Source: Candidatus Bathyarchaeota archaeon (GTDB lineage: Archaea > Thermoproteota > Bathyarchaeia > TCS64). From it: DNA of 58,347 bases. The translations under genes and the position numbers were made by a program. Shown here one piece after another: positions 38,483-48,145 of the stretch. Numbering within the stretch: position 1 is the stretch's first letter; each line of letters starts with the position of its first letter. The DNA lies in NCBI GenBank assembly GCA_043826455.1, contig JBDRQD010000038.1, positions 1 through 58,347 on the forward strand, given 5' to 3'. Under the pieces are notes generated by a model that was not told where the DNA came from, did not search any database, and was given only the letters and a program-made list of their open reading frames with translations.

Positions 38483-40429
38483 TCACAGGTACTTCCCCAG
38501 GGTCGCCACGTGCAACTCGTCGCTGCTCTGAGGCTGCTCTCCACCCGCTGGCAGGTTCTTGGGCACAGTGAAGTGGAAGGTTGAGCCGAAGCCCTCCTGG
38601 CCGTCCACCCCTATGGCTCCGCCCATGCTCTCCACGATCTTCTTGCAGATGCTGAGGCCGGCCCCAGTCCCCGGGTACTCCTTCTCCGTGGGTAGCCTCT
38701 GGAATACCTTGAAGAGGAGGCCCCTCTGGTCCTCGGGTATGCCTATGCCGTTGTCCTTCACTGTGAAGAGGTGGGCGTCCCCCCGGTCCCTGTAGGTCAC
38801 TTCCACCCTGGGGGGCTTGGACTCGTTGAACTTTATTCCGTTGCCTATGAGGTTGACGAAGAGCTGTTTCATCCACACTTCCTGGGCCACGATCATGGGC
38901 ATGGGCTGCAGCTTAATCACGGCCTTAGACTCACGTATCTGGGCTGCCAGGTCCTCTAGGGCCTTCTCCAGGAGCTCGTCCATGTCCACCCGGTTGTACT
39001 CCGTGAACTTGCGTCCCACCCTGCTGAGGGTGAGGAGATCGTCTATAAGGCTCGCCATCCTGCTGCTAGCCTCCATAACCCTGCTCAGGTAATCTCGGCC
39101 GTTGTCGTCCAAGGCCTCACCATAGTCCTCTAGGAGGAAGCTGCTGAAGCTCTCTATAGTCACGAGGGGCGACTTGAGGTCGTGGCTCACAACGTGAGTG
39201 AAGTCGTTGAGGTCCTTGTTGGTCTGCTCCAGCTCGTCCAGACTGACCTGCAGCGCCTCCTCCGTCTTCTTGCGCCAGGTTATGTCGTTGATGGCGCTCA
39301 CCACCAGCCGGACCTCCCCGTCTTTCAGCAGAGGTGTCCAGCTGTGGCTCACCCACCGGGTCTCCCCTCCGCCGGTAACCACCCTGTACTCCTTGATGCT
39401 GCCCCTCTCCCCCGATAGGCTCCGCGCGTAGAACTCCTCTATCTTGCCCAGGTCCTCGCCGTGGACTAGGTCCCCCCACATGGTGCGCTCCAGGGACTCC
39501 GGGGAGTGACCGAATATCTCCCTGCTGCTGGGGCTCAGGTAGGTGATCTCTCCGCTTGGGCCAGTAAGCATGATGACGTCCTGGACGTTCTCCACTATGC
39601 TCCTGAACTGCTCCTCGCTGGCCCTGATCTTCTCCATCTGGTTTATCCTGTGGATGCTCTGCGCCACTAGGAGGCCCAGGGTGTCTAGGAGGCGCCTGTC
39701 CTGGGACGAGAAACCTGTTTCGCTTCTGAGGCTCACCATGCCCAGGGCCTCGTTGACCCGTAGGGGCACAACCAGGGCGCCGTCCAGCTCCCTCATCTCC
39801 CTGAGGCTATTGATGTCAATGGTCCCGGATGGGCTTACACCCTTCTCCAGCACCGGGACAAGCCCGCCGTCCTCCACCACTGAGAAGAACCCCTGGCTGC
39901 ATCCGAACACCCGGCCAAGGATGTCGAAGGTGGTCTCCCCCACCTCACGCATGGTGGATGCCGCCGTCAGTAGATGGAAGTTGCCCCTCAGCTCCTCCAG
40001 ACGCATCTGGTACCTGGTCTGCTCGCGGACGCTCCAGTAGTTCTCCGCGTGGCTCCTGACGCGCCTAGCCAGGAGCTGGTAGTGGCTGGGGTCAGACTCC
40101 TTACGCACGTAGTCGTCCACGCCGCTCTTGAAGGCGGCCTCCGCGACTACCTCGCTGCCCCGGCCCGTGTACAGGATGAAGGGCACAGGGTACCTGCGCT
40201 TCACACTTCTGCACAGCTCCATGCCGTCGGCCCCGGGCATAACGTAGTCCGATATGACGCAGTCCACGGACCCGTCCAGGGCATCCAGGAGCTCCCCCGC
40301 TGACTTCACGCTGACGACCTGTATGCCTGCGTCGGCCTCCTCAAGGAACAGCTTGGCAAACATGAGCTGCTCCTCCTCGTCGTCGATGTGAATCACCTTC
40401 ACCCTGGGGTGGCCCTCAGAAGCGTCCAA
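38483..40429 (-). CDS. Hybrid sensor histidine kinase (REC-GAF-like-PAS-HisKA-HATPase)
   Basis: 'IDDE...SDY...YTGRG' REC; PAS; H-box 'SHDLKSPL'; 'NGIKF', 'DNGIG', 'GTGAGL'. Confidence 0.92.
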   Translation of the reverse strand: MDASEGHPRVKVIHIDDEEEQLMFAKLFLEEADAGIQVVSVKSAGELLDALDGSVDCVISDYVMPGADGMELCRSVKRRYPVPFILYTGRGSEVVAEAAFKSGVDDYVRKESDPSHYQLLARRVRSHAENYWSVREQTRYQMRLEELRGNFHLLTAASTMREVGETTFDILGRVFGCSQGFFSVVEDGGLVPVLEKGVSPSGTIDINSLREMRELDGALVVPLRVNEALGMVSLRSETGFSSQDRRLLDTLGLLVAQSIHRINQMEKIRASEEQFRSIVENVQDVIMLTGPSGEITYLSPSSREIFGHSPESLERTMWGDLVHGEDLGKIEEFYARSLSGERGSIKEYRVVTGGGETRWVSHSWTPLLKDGEVRLVVSAINDITWRKKTEEALQVSLDELEQTNKDLNDFTHVVSHDLKSPLVTIESFSSFLLEDYGEALDDNGRDYLSRVMEASSRMASLIDDLLTLSRVGRKFTEYNRVDMDELLEKALEDLAAQIRESKAVIKLQPMPMIVAQEVWMKQLFVNLIGNGIKFNESKPPRVEVTYRDRGDAHLFTVKDNGIGIPEDQRGLLFKVFQRLPTEKEYPGTGAGLSICKKIVESMGGAIGVDGQEGFGSTFHFTVPKNLPAGGEQPQSSDELHVATLGKYL

Positions 40430-40522
40430 CTCAATGGAAACAAACCCGTAGTCTATTTGAAAATTATAGACTAAGGCTCCATGAGCCCAGAAAATATATG
40501 CTCCACGTGCAGAGGATACACT

Positions 40523-40729
40523 ATGGATTCTAAGAGCGTCGAAGCCGAGGCCCTGTTCAGGCTCGTGGAGCAGCTCTACGGCGACAGGCTGAGCGAGGCA
40601 GAGCTTGAGGAGGTCAGGAAGGGCGTGGAGCGCATAGTGGAGACGTCCATGGAGCTGAGGGGAGTGGAGCTGGGTAACTGGGATGAGCCATTCAGCGTGT
40701 TCACCCCCTACAGGAGGCGGCGTATATGA
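40523..40729 (+). CDS. Small GatC/AtzG-like amidase partner protein
   Basis: Helical 'YGDRLSEAELEEV...LRGVELGNWDEP' overlapping the amidase start. Confidence 0.55.
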   Translation: MDSKSVEAEALFRLVEQLYGDRLSEAELEEVRKGVERIVETSMELRGVELGNWDEPFSVFTPYRRRRI

Positions 40730-42114
40730 GGCCTGTGTACGCCTCCATACGGCAACTATCCGACGCCATAGTATCGGGTGAAGTCTCCCCCGTGGAGCTC
40801 ACCGAGACGTTCATCGCCAGGCTCAGAGAGCACGGCCCCAGGCTCAACGCCGTGGTGACGGTGACCGACAAGAGGGCCCTGAGAGAGGCCAGGAAAGCCC
40901 AGCAGGAGATCAAGGAGGGTAGGCACAGGGGGCCCCTCCACGGGGTGCCCTACGGAGGAAAAGACCTGCTGGCCACCAGAGGCATACCCGCGTCCTGGGG
41001 GGCGGCGCCCTTCAAGGACCAGGTCTTCAACCATGACGCGACGGTGATTAGGAAGCTGAAGAGGGCAGGCGCGGTCCTCTGCGCCAAGCTGGCCATGATA
41101 GAGCTTGCCGGCGGCATGGGCTACAGGCAGCCCAACGCCAGCTTCACGGGGCCCTGTGCCACTCCCTGGAGCCTGCGGCACTGGAGCGGGGGCAGTAGCA
41201 GCGGCTCAGGCTCAGCGGTAGCAGCGGGTCTCGTCCCCTTCGCCATAGGCAGCGAGACCTGGGGCAGCATCCTGAGCCCCGCCAACAACTGCGGCGTCGC
41301 CGGCCTAAGACCCACCTACGGCAGGGTCAGCAGGCACGGAGCCATGGCGCTTAGCTGGACCCTGGACAAGCTGGGGCCCCTATGCCTGACGGCTGACGAC
41401 TGCGGCCTGGTGCTGGAGGCCATGGCCGGCTACGACCCCCGGGACATGACCACGGCGAGGAAGCCCTACAGGTACGAGCGGGTGGAGGGGGAGTTCAGGC
41501 TGGGGGTGCCCAGGGACGCCCTGGAGGAGACCCAGGAGCCCGTGGCCCGCAGCTTCAAGGAGTCCCTGAGGGTCTTGGAGAGGTTCGCCGTCGTCGAGGA
41601 TGTGGAGTTCCCTGAGTTCCCCTACGAGGCCGTGACCCGCACAATACTGAACGCGGAGGCCGCCTCGGCCTTCGACGAGTTCACCGAGAAGGGGCTGGCC
41701 AGGGGCCTCACGGCCCCCGAGGACCATTACGGGCCCTACGCCCGGGCCGTGGTCCTTGCCAGGGACTATCTGAAAGCCCTGAGGCTGAGGGAGAGGATGG
41801 CTCGGATAGCCGAGGACGTGATGGGCGGCTACGACGCCATAGTGGCGCCGTCGAGGAGGGCCGTGGCGAGCCCCATCGACCAGGAGTTCAGGAAGGTGGC
41901 CCCCGGGACGGCCAAGGATGTCATGGGGGCGGTGGGTAACGGGGCGGGTCTGCCGGCAGTCTCTGTGCCCAACGGGTTCAGCGATGAGGGGCTGCCCACG
42001 GGCATCCAGTTCATGGGCAGGGCCTACGGCGAGAACAGGGTGCTCTCGGTGGCTGTGGAGTATCAGAGATGCACAGACTGGCACAGGAGGCACCCACCCG
42101 CATTCAAGGCTTAG
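40726..42114 (+). CDS. Amidase-signature family enzyme
   Basis: '[12 protein letters not shown]', 'GGSSSGS', 'GSETWGSI' (Ser-cisSer-Lys triad). Confidence 0.93.
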   Translation: MRPVYASIRQLSDAIVSGEVSPVELTETFIARLREHGPRLNAVVTVTDKRALREARKAQQEIKEGRHRGPLHGVPYGGKDLLATRGIPASWGAAPFKDQVFNHDATVIRKLKRAGAVLCAKLAMIELAGGMGYRQPNASFTGPCATPWSLRHWSGGSSSGSGSAVAAGLVPFAIGSETWGSILSPANNCGVAGLRPTYGRVSRHGAMALSWTLDKLGPLCLTADDCGLVLEAMAGYDPRDMTTARKPYRYERVEGEFRLGVPRDALEETQEPVARSFKESLRVLERFAVVEDVEFPEFPYEAVTRTILNAEAASAFDEFTEKGLARGLTAPEDHYGPYARAVVLARDYLKALRLRERMARIAEDVMGGYDAIVAPSRRAVASPIDQEFRKVAPGTAKDVMGAVGNGAGLPAVSVPNGFSDEGLPTGIQFMGRAYGENRVLSVAVEYQRCTDWHRRHPPAFKA

Positions 42115-42122
42115 CGGGGCGT

Positions 42123-42599
42123 CTATATCTCCCGTACAACCACGGTGTCGCTCAGGTAGTTGAAGAGCCTCTGGTTCTTGCTCCGATACATGAAGTAGCC
42201 GACCAGGGCGTCGATGGGCAGCAGGAAGACCTTGCCGAAGCTCTCGATGGCTGCGTCCAGCAGAGTCAAGGGCGCTCCGCCCTCCTTGGTGATCCTGAGG
42301 TTCATCACCTTCTTGCCGATGCTCTGGCCGTAGTAGTGATCCATGAACATGAAGTACAGGAACTGGAGGACGTTGTTGGCGCCGAATGTGAGTCCGCCCA
42401 TCATCCTGTAGCCGGGCAGGTTGAGGAACATGAGCACGATGCCCAGGATGATGCCGTCGATGACTAGGGCTATGAATCTCTGGGTCCAGGTGGCCAGCTC
42501 AACGACGCCTGACTCGGGGCCGGCCACCACGGCTCCGCACTTGGGGCAGTAGACGGCGCCTTCCTCCGCCTCGGCTCCGCACTTCTCGCAGTAGGGCAT
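42123..42599 (-). CDS. RDD family membrane protein with N-terminal zinc ribbon
   Basis: 'CEKCG...CPKCG', 'RFIALVID', 'GQSIGK', 'QRLFN...DTVVV'. Confidence 0.88.
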   Translation of the reverse strand: MPYCEKCGAEAEEGAVYCPKCGAVVAGPESGVVELATWTQRFIALVIDGIILGIVLMFLNLPGYRMMGGLTFGANNVLQFLYFMFMDHYYGQSIGKKVMNLRITKEGGAPLTLLDAAIESFGKVFLLPIDALVGYFMYRSKNQRLFNYLSDTVVVREI

Positions 42600-42689
42600 C
42601 TATTGTTTCACTAGACGTATACCTTCTAGGCAAGTCTATTAAGAGTTGTTCAGATTCTGTTCAGAATTACTGTATTAATACGGATGTCA

Positions 42690-42896
42690 ATGAAGATACA
42701 GAACCATGGGTATGTAGAGGATGAGGCCGTTAAGAAGTACCTAGACAGGGTGTCCTATAAAACACGGAGAGAAGCCAGATATTCCCTGATGGGTTTCTTC
42801 AACTGACTGGATAAGAATGTTGGGGACTTTGCTGTAATTCCAGACCTATCTGATGAAGTGGAAAAGATGCTCTCAGAGTGGGACTACTCAGAATAA
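42690..42896 (+). pseudogene. Possible remnant of a tyrosine-recombinase N-terminal domain
   Basis: Hand translation MKIQNHGYVEDEAVKKYLDRVSYKTRREARYSLMGFFN*LDKNVGDFA...; in-frame TGA at 42804-42806 where Trp would fit. Confidence 0.35.
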
Positions 42897-42921
42897 GCCC
42901 TTTATAAGATATTAAAAAGGT

Positions 42922-43425
42922 TTAACTTAAAATCAATAAAGTGTAATTTGTCAAATAAATCATTGTAGAAAAAATTAATGTTATCAATAATGAATATATA
43001 ATGGAAGTTTTCCTATTTTTAAAACTACTAGAGAAAAAAATTATGAATTTTGGCGGTCTCTTCTCCCCTTTCCACTCATTACGGCTCATAATTCTATCTC
43101 CCACACCATTTTGAATAGCCCAAATAGCGTTTTTATCGAGACGTACATCATTTGTCTTTATTTCAGATGGTGCCACTATCATAGCATAACTATTAAAATC
43201 AGACCAATATAAAAATCTCCCAAATAGAAACACTAATAACCATATAGAAATAAATGGAAAAATTATGTCACTTTTTAAAATGATATTATCTGGATATATC
43301 TGATAAATTGAATATAATACAGCAATATATGCAAAAAAGTAAGAAACGTGCTGTTGAATTTTATCTGAAGAAATTTTCAATAGAATCTCTCTAGCCTTGA
43401 ATCTCTCTTCTGGAGAGTATAACAT
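42922..43425 (-). CDS. AT-rich hypothetical membrane protein
   Basis: 167-aa ORF with about three hydrophobic segments in an AT-rich islet. Confidence 0.65.
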   Translation of the reverse strand: MLYSPEERFKAREILLKISSDKIQQHVSYFFAYIAVLYSIYQIYPDNIILKSDIIFPFISIWLLVFLFGRFLYWSDFNSYAMIVAPSEIKTNDVRLDKNAIWAIQNGVGDRIMSRNEWKGEKRPPKFIIFFSSSFKNRKTSIIYSLLITLIFSTMIYLTNYTLLILS

Positions 43426-43523
43426 AAAATAAAATCCATGAGTAAGTATAAAATTTTATCTAAAAGTATACATACGTTAAATGTGCAATTCATCCAGAAA
43501 AAGATATAAATCGTCTTCAAAAT

Positions 43524-44012
43524 CTAGGCTTGGAGCCCGGGTGTCTGCTTGCCCGTGACTTCCAGGAGCTCCACCTCCCCCACCACCGTTGTAGGCAGAC
43601 CCTCGGATTTGAGGAGCCGGTCCAGCAGGGGCTGGGGCTCTGGGTCCAGCTGTCTGATCATGGTGCTTATGGCGCGGCGCTTATCCTCCAGGGACTCCAG
43701 GAACCTGACGCGGCCCCTGAACATGACGGTAACGTACTTGTGGGTGCACTCGCCTTCAGCGTACCCGTGATCCTGGATGACCTGGCCCCAGACCGTCGGG
43801 CTGGCCCTCATGTAGTCCAGCTTCTTGCCTTCGCCTGCCGAGTGGAAGTACAGGGTGTTCCTCTCCTCGTCGTACCCGGTGCTCAGCGAAACCATGTATG
43901 GGTCGCCGTCCTTCACCATGGCCAGTGTCATGTACTGGGCCGCGCCCAGGACCCGTTTGATGGCGTCAGGGTCCTTGATCTCCTTGTCTGCCCTCCTCAT
44001 GTGGTACATCAT
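43524..44012 (-). CDS. Pyridoxamine 5'-phosphate oxidase-like / NimA-family flavin-binding protein
   Basis: 'MRRADKEI', 'PYMVSL', 'LYFHSAGEGKKLD'. Confidence 0.88.
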   Translation of the reverse strand: MMYHMRRADKEIKDPDAIKRVLGAAQYMTLAMVKDGDPYMVSLSTGYDEERNTLYFHSAGEGKKLDYMRASPTVWGQVIQDHGYAEGECTHKYVTVMFRGRVRFLESLEDKRRAISTMIRQLDPEPQPLLDRLLKSEGLPTTVVGEVELLEVTGKQTPGLQA

Positions 44013-44072
44013 GGGCTAACCGTCGGCGCCATGGGATATGAATCGTTCGAGGTCCACGAAAGTTAAAAACCC

Positions 44073-44849
44073 GTGGACGGACTCAACGGTGTGAACCCGC
44101 ACCTGTGGACCCTGGACCTGCTGCGGACGGCCCTAGCGCTGTGCATGCTGGGGTACGGCAGCTACAGGGACCTTAGGACCCGGGAGGTCCACGATCTGCT
44201 GTGGGTGGTGTCAGGCGCGGCGGGGCTGCTCATGGACGTATACGAGCTGTTCCTGGGCACCCTGGGGCTGACGCACCTCGTTTACGCTGTCGGAGCCATG
44301 GCCGTTTTCGCGCTCATCTCGGGCGTCCTGCGGCTCATGGGTGAGGCGGACCTCCTGGCCTTCATGGCGCTTGTCCTCATCCACCCCAAGGCGCCCGTGT
44401 ACATCGTCGCCAACACGGGGTGGAGCCCCCTCTTCTATCCCTTCACCCTGGTGTCCAACGTGGCCATAGCGGGGGTGTTGACTCCCCTCATAACCGCATT
44501 GCTGAACCTGTCTCTGGGGCTCAGGGGGGTGAGCCTCTTCGAAGGGCACCATGACTTGCCCCTGCACAGGAAGCTGGTTCTTCTCCTCACAGCCAGGTAC
44601 ATCAAACTGGAGCGGGTGAGGGGCCCCCCCTTCGAGTACCCCCTGGAGGGCGGCGGAGGGTTGAGGCTGCGGCCGGACATCTGGGACGATGAGGCCGCGT
44701 CCAAAGCCTTCGAGGAGCTGAGGCTGAGGGGACAGAAGTGGACCTGGGTGTCAGCCACCCTGCCCTACCTTGTAGTCATGGCGGGGGGCTACCTTCTCTC
44801 GGTGATCTTCGGGGACGTCATCTTCCTGCTGCTCTTCAGGTTGCTATAG
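44073..44849 (+). CDS. A24 prepilin/prearchaellin peptidase (FlaK/PibD-like)
   Basis: 'SYRDLRTREV', GxxD-type 'MGEAD', C-terminal 'WVSATLPYL'. Confidence 0.82.
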   Translation: MDGLNGVNPHLWTLDLLRTALALCMLGYGSYRDLRTREVHDLLWVVSGAAGLLMDVYELFLGTLGLTHLVYAVGAMAVFALISGVLRLMGEADLLAFMALVLIHPKAPVYIVANTGWSPLFYPFTLVSNVAIAGVLTPLITALLNLSLGLRGVSLFEGHHDLPLHRKLVLLLTARYIKLERVRGPPFEYPLEGGGGLRLRPDIWDDEAASKAFEELRLRGQKWTWVSATLPYLVVMAGGYLLSVIFGDVIFLLLFRLL

Positions 44850-46613
44850 CCTGTCCCGGGTGAGGACCAACCCCGGCCTGGCCCTCGTGTGGACGCCCTC
44901 CTTGACGACAAGCTCCCCGTTCACCAGGACGTACTGTATGCCCGTGGGGTATGTGGCTGATAGCTCCGGGTGGCCCACTATGGAGAGCTTGTCCATGTTC
45001 ATGAGGACTATGTCGGCGTAGGCGCCGGGACTTAGGGTGCCTCTGTCCTTGAGCCTGAAGGTGGCTGCGGGGATGGCTGTGCACTTCTGGACGGCCTCCT
45101 CCAGGGTGAGGAGCCGCCTGTCGCGGACGTATCTGATGAAGAACTTGGGGTAGCCTGTGAATGTGTCTGGGAGAGGCGTGGCGTAGGGTGGCGTCCTGTG
45201 CTCCACGTCCTGGTCGTCCATGACGCCCACGTCGAGTCCTACGACGCCTCTGGGGTGCTTGAAGAACTCTGTCATCTGGTCCTCCATTCCTCTGTAGTCT
45301 GTGTGGGCGCCTCTGCTTTCCGGGTCCTCTGCTATGAGGTCGCATAGGGTGTTCCAGGGGTCCTTGCCCCGCTGCTTGGCGGCCTCGGCCAGGCTCCCGC
45401 CGGCCACCGAGGCGTCCGAGTGTTCTACTATCCTGAGGTTCTCGGCCCAGTGGGGATTGATACACGGGTTGATGACCAACCGTTGGAAGAGCTTGCCCTG
45501 CTCTATCTCTTCCCACGCCTTCTTCCTGAATTCCTCTGCCCTGAGCCACTCGGCGAGCTTGGCGCGGCTGCCGAGGAGCCTGAGCCATTGGGTGAAGTGT
45601 AGGCTGCAGAGGTAGGGTAGAGGTTCCCAGCACTCCCAGGGGATGACATCAAAGTTTACGTCCAGGCCCTCAGCTATAGCCCGGTCTATGGGCTCCAGTG
45701 TAGCTCGGCCTATTGCTGCGCCTATGCCGGGGGTGAGGGGCTGGTTTATGTGCCATCCGGGGGCTAGGTGGGCGATGTTGAGGCGGACCCGTGTGCGGCG
45801 GGCGGTGTCCAGGACCTCCTTGATTCCGTTGATGGGCTCGGCTGTGACGCTGCCCATCTTGACGTCTCTGCGGCGGCCTGTTCGCCTCCAGTGGGGCACG
45901 TATATTCCGTCGTAGGGTTTCAGTACCTTGACGCACTCATCCATCTCGGCGGCTGAGGCGAAGACGCCTGGGTCGTAGTCGAGGCCCGATGACAGGCCTA
46001 CGCAGCCCTCATCCATTCCCTGCTGGATGAGAGTCTTCATCTCATTCACCTCGGCGTCCGTTGCCTCTCGCTTGTAGTCCTCGCCCATGACGGCGAACCT
46101 GACGGTGCCGTGGCCTAGGAGGGGCACGTAGTTGATGGCTACGCCTTTGGATGTGACGTGGCTGAAGAACTCGGCCATGGTGCGGTAGTCGATGCCCCAC
46201 CCGTATTTTTCTTGGAGTATCTGGTTGACCTCGTCCAGCTGCATGAGGGTGGGCCCGTGGTACAGGTAGGGGCTCCTCTCGTAGGCCTCGTCGTGGATGA
46301 CTCCGGGCGGCCTGGTGTACTCGCTGATGGGTGCGGGTGATCCTCCGCACTGGCCTGCGACGACGGTGGTGCAGCCCTGCATGACTGCGCTCTCGCAGCC
46401 CGGGTACCAGGGTAGGCCCCAGTCGGCGTGGCTGTGGGGGTCGATGAAGCCTGGGGCCGCTATGAGCCCCTTGGCGTCTATGACGGTTCTGGCCTTGGCT
46501 TTGACCTGACCCACTTCTATTATCCTGTCGCCTTGGACGGCTATTGAGCCCTTGTAGGGTTTGCTGGCTCCGTCAACGATGGTGGCGTTCCGGATGAGTG
46601 TGTCGATGTCCAT
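44844..46613 (-). CDS. N-acyl-D-amino-acid deacylase family amidohydrolase
   Basis: 'PGFIDPHSHAD', 'GQCG', 'GLDYDPG', 'DRGTL..GAYADIV'. Confidence 0.9.
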   Translation of the reverse strand: MDIDTLIRNATIVDGASKPYKGSIAVQGDRIIEVGQVKAKARTVIDAKGLIAAPGFIDPHSHADWGLPWYPGCESAVMQGCTTVVAGQCGGSPAPISEYTRPPGVIHDEAYERSPYLYHGPTLMQLDEVNQILQEKYGWGIDYRTMAEFFSHVTSKGVAINYVPLLGHGTVRFAVMGEDYKREATDAEVNEMKTLIQQGMDEGCVGLSSGLDYDPGVFASAAEMDECVKVLKPYDGIYVPHWRRTGRRRDVKMGSVTAEPINGIKEVLDTARRTRVRLNIAHLAPGWHINQPLTPGIGAAIGRATLEPIDRAIAEGLDVNFDVIPWECWEPLPYLCSLHFTQWLRLLGSRAKLAEWLRAEEFRKKAWEEIEQGKLFQRLVINPCINPHWAENLRIVEHSDASVAGGSLAEAAKQRGKDPWNTLCDLIAEDPESRGAHTDYRGMEDQMTEFFKHPRGVVGLDVGVMDDQDVEHRTPPYATPLPDTFTGYPKFFIRYVRDRRLLTLEEAVQKCTAIPAATFRLKDRGTLSPGAYADIVLMNMDKLSIVGHPELSATYPTGIQYVLVNGELVVKEGVHTRARPGLVLTRDRL

Positions 46614-46803
46614 GTTGGACGGTACTTGGGGCGTGGGGATAAAAATTGATGGTCTTTTATGGTGGCTGAGCCTGTTATTTGTGTCCTCCTGTGATGAAGA
46701 CTCTCTGGAGCCCGCTGAGGAGGCCCCTGTACTGTGGCTGTACCTTCGCGGAATTTCGAGTCATCAAAGATGAAATATACAGAGTACCAAGGTTAGTTCA
46801 TCT

Positions 46804-47832
46804 ATGAAGGCTCTCGTAAAGTATGCGCCCGGTTTCGAGAACATCGAGATCAGGGAGGTAAATGAACCCATAATAGATTCTGACCAAGTATTGGTAGAGA
46901 TAAAGGCGGCGGGAATCTGCGGTTCAGACGTCAAACACTACGAGGACGGCTCCAATCTGGCTATTCCCGTTATTCTGGGTCACGAGCTATCAGGAAAAAT
47001 AATCCAAGTCGGAGACAAAGTCAAACACTACCATGAAGGAGACAGGGTCGTCTCCGAGACCAGCGCCTACACGTGTGGGGTCTGTGATTATTGTCTAACC
47101 GGTGATTACCATTTATGCCCAGAGCGTAAAGGTCTCGGCTCAAAAATTGACGGAGCCTTCACAAAGTACATTGCTCTTCCATGGAAAATTATACATAAAC
47201 TCCCTGACCAAATGAGCTATGATGAAGCTGCTCTTGTACAGCCTTGTGCAGACATATGCAATGCAGTTATTCGTAAGGCGGATATAAAACCCGGTGACAG
47301 CGTAGTTGTTCTTGGTCCCGGGCCTATGGGCTTGTTAACTACCCAAGTGGCTAAGGCAAATGGTGCAGGCACCGTTATCCAGACAGGGCATAAAGGGGTC
47401 AGATTATCAATAGCATCAAAAATAGGCGCTGATAAAACCATAATGGTTGAAGAAGAAGACCCCATAGAAAAGGTGTTGGAGTACACTGATAACAAGGGAG
47501 CCGACGTGGTTTTTGAGACATCTGGTTCCCCTGAAGCTTTGATACAATCGCTAGATATGACTAAAAGGAATGGACAAATTATTCTAATCGCCAGCCCTCG
47601 GGTCCCTGTTGAGGCCCATTTTGGTAAGATTCTAGGTAAGCCGCTGTCTTTGAAGGGCTCCATCATGAGTAAGTGGATAGACTATGATAGGGCCATAAGA
47701 TTGATGTCTCTGAGGATGGTTAAGGCTGATAAGTTGATCACGCACAGGCTTGACCTCACCGATTGGAGGAAAGCGTTTGATTTTATCAGGGTGAAAAAAG
47801 TTGCGGGTAAGGTCATTCTTTATCCAACATGA
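46804..47832 (+). CDS. Zn-dependent medium-chain dehydrogenase (sorbitol/threonine DH-like)
   Basis: 'CGSD', 'GHE', 'CGVCDYC...C', 'GPGPMG'; lower GC than flanking host genes. Confidence 0.92.
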   Translation: MKALVKYAPGFENIEIREVNEPIIDSDQVLVEIKAAGICGSDVKHYEDGSNLAIPVILGHELSGKIIQVGDKVKHYHEGDRVVSETSAYTCGVCDYCLTGDYHLCPERKGLGSKIDGAFTKYIALPWKIIHKLPDQMSYDEAALVQPCADICNAVIRKADIKPGDSVVVLGPGPMGLLTTQVAKANGAGTVIQTGHKGVRLSIASKIGADKTIMVEEEDPIEKVLEYTDNKGADVVFETSGSPEALIQSLDMTKRNGQIILIASPRVPVEAHFGKILGKPLSLKGSIMSKWIDYDRAIRLMSLRMVKADKLITHRLDLTDWRKAFDFIRVKKVAGKVILYPT

Positions 47833-48145
47833 TTATAAAATCAGTAACAAAACCTGAGTTCATGAACTGCTCTCTCGGTTGGTTATGAAAGTATAATTGT
47901 TAAGGTGAACAAAATACTTTATTTAAATAGATATACTATTATTAAATTAGTCATATTAACTTAATATTAATGAAGTTTGGTTTAACGGAATCGTCGTTTA
48001 ATGTAAGATCCTTCTTTCTCAATTTATTGACAATTATGGCGATATATGGTTAAATTTTTAAATATATTAGCTATAGTAAATTGATTTTAAAAAGCATAAT
48101 CATGTTATCCGATTTCATGATTATGAAATTATTAGTAGAAACTAA

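Noticed and set aside
40726..42114. gatA of the Glu-tRNA amidotransferase
   Set aside because: It has 'GSETWGS' and 'MIELAGG' rather than GatA-type 'GSDTGGS' and 'MDEFAMG'; no gatB adjacent.
42804..42806. In-frame TGA as selenocysteine or recoding
   Set aside because: Context fits a TGG-to-TGA nonsense change; no Cys-type motif, and TGA is a normal stop throughout the window.
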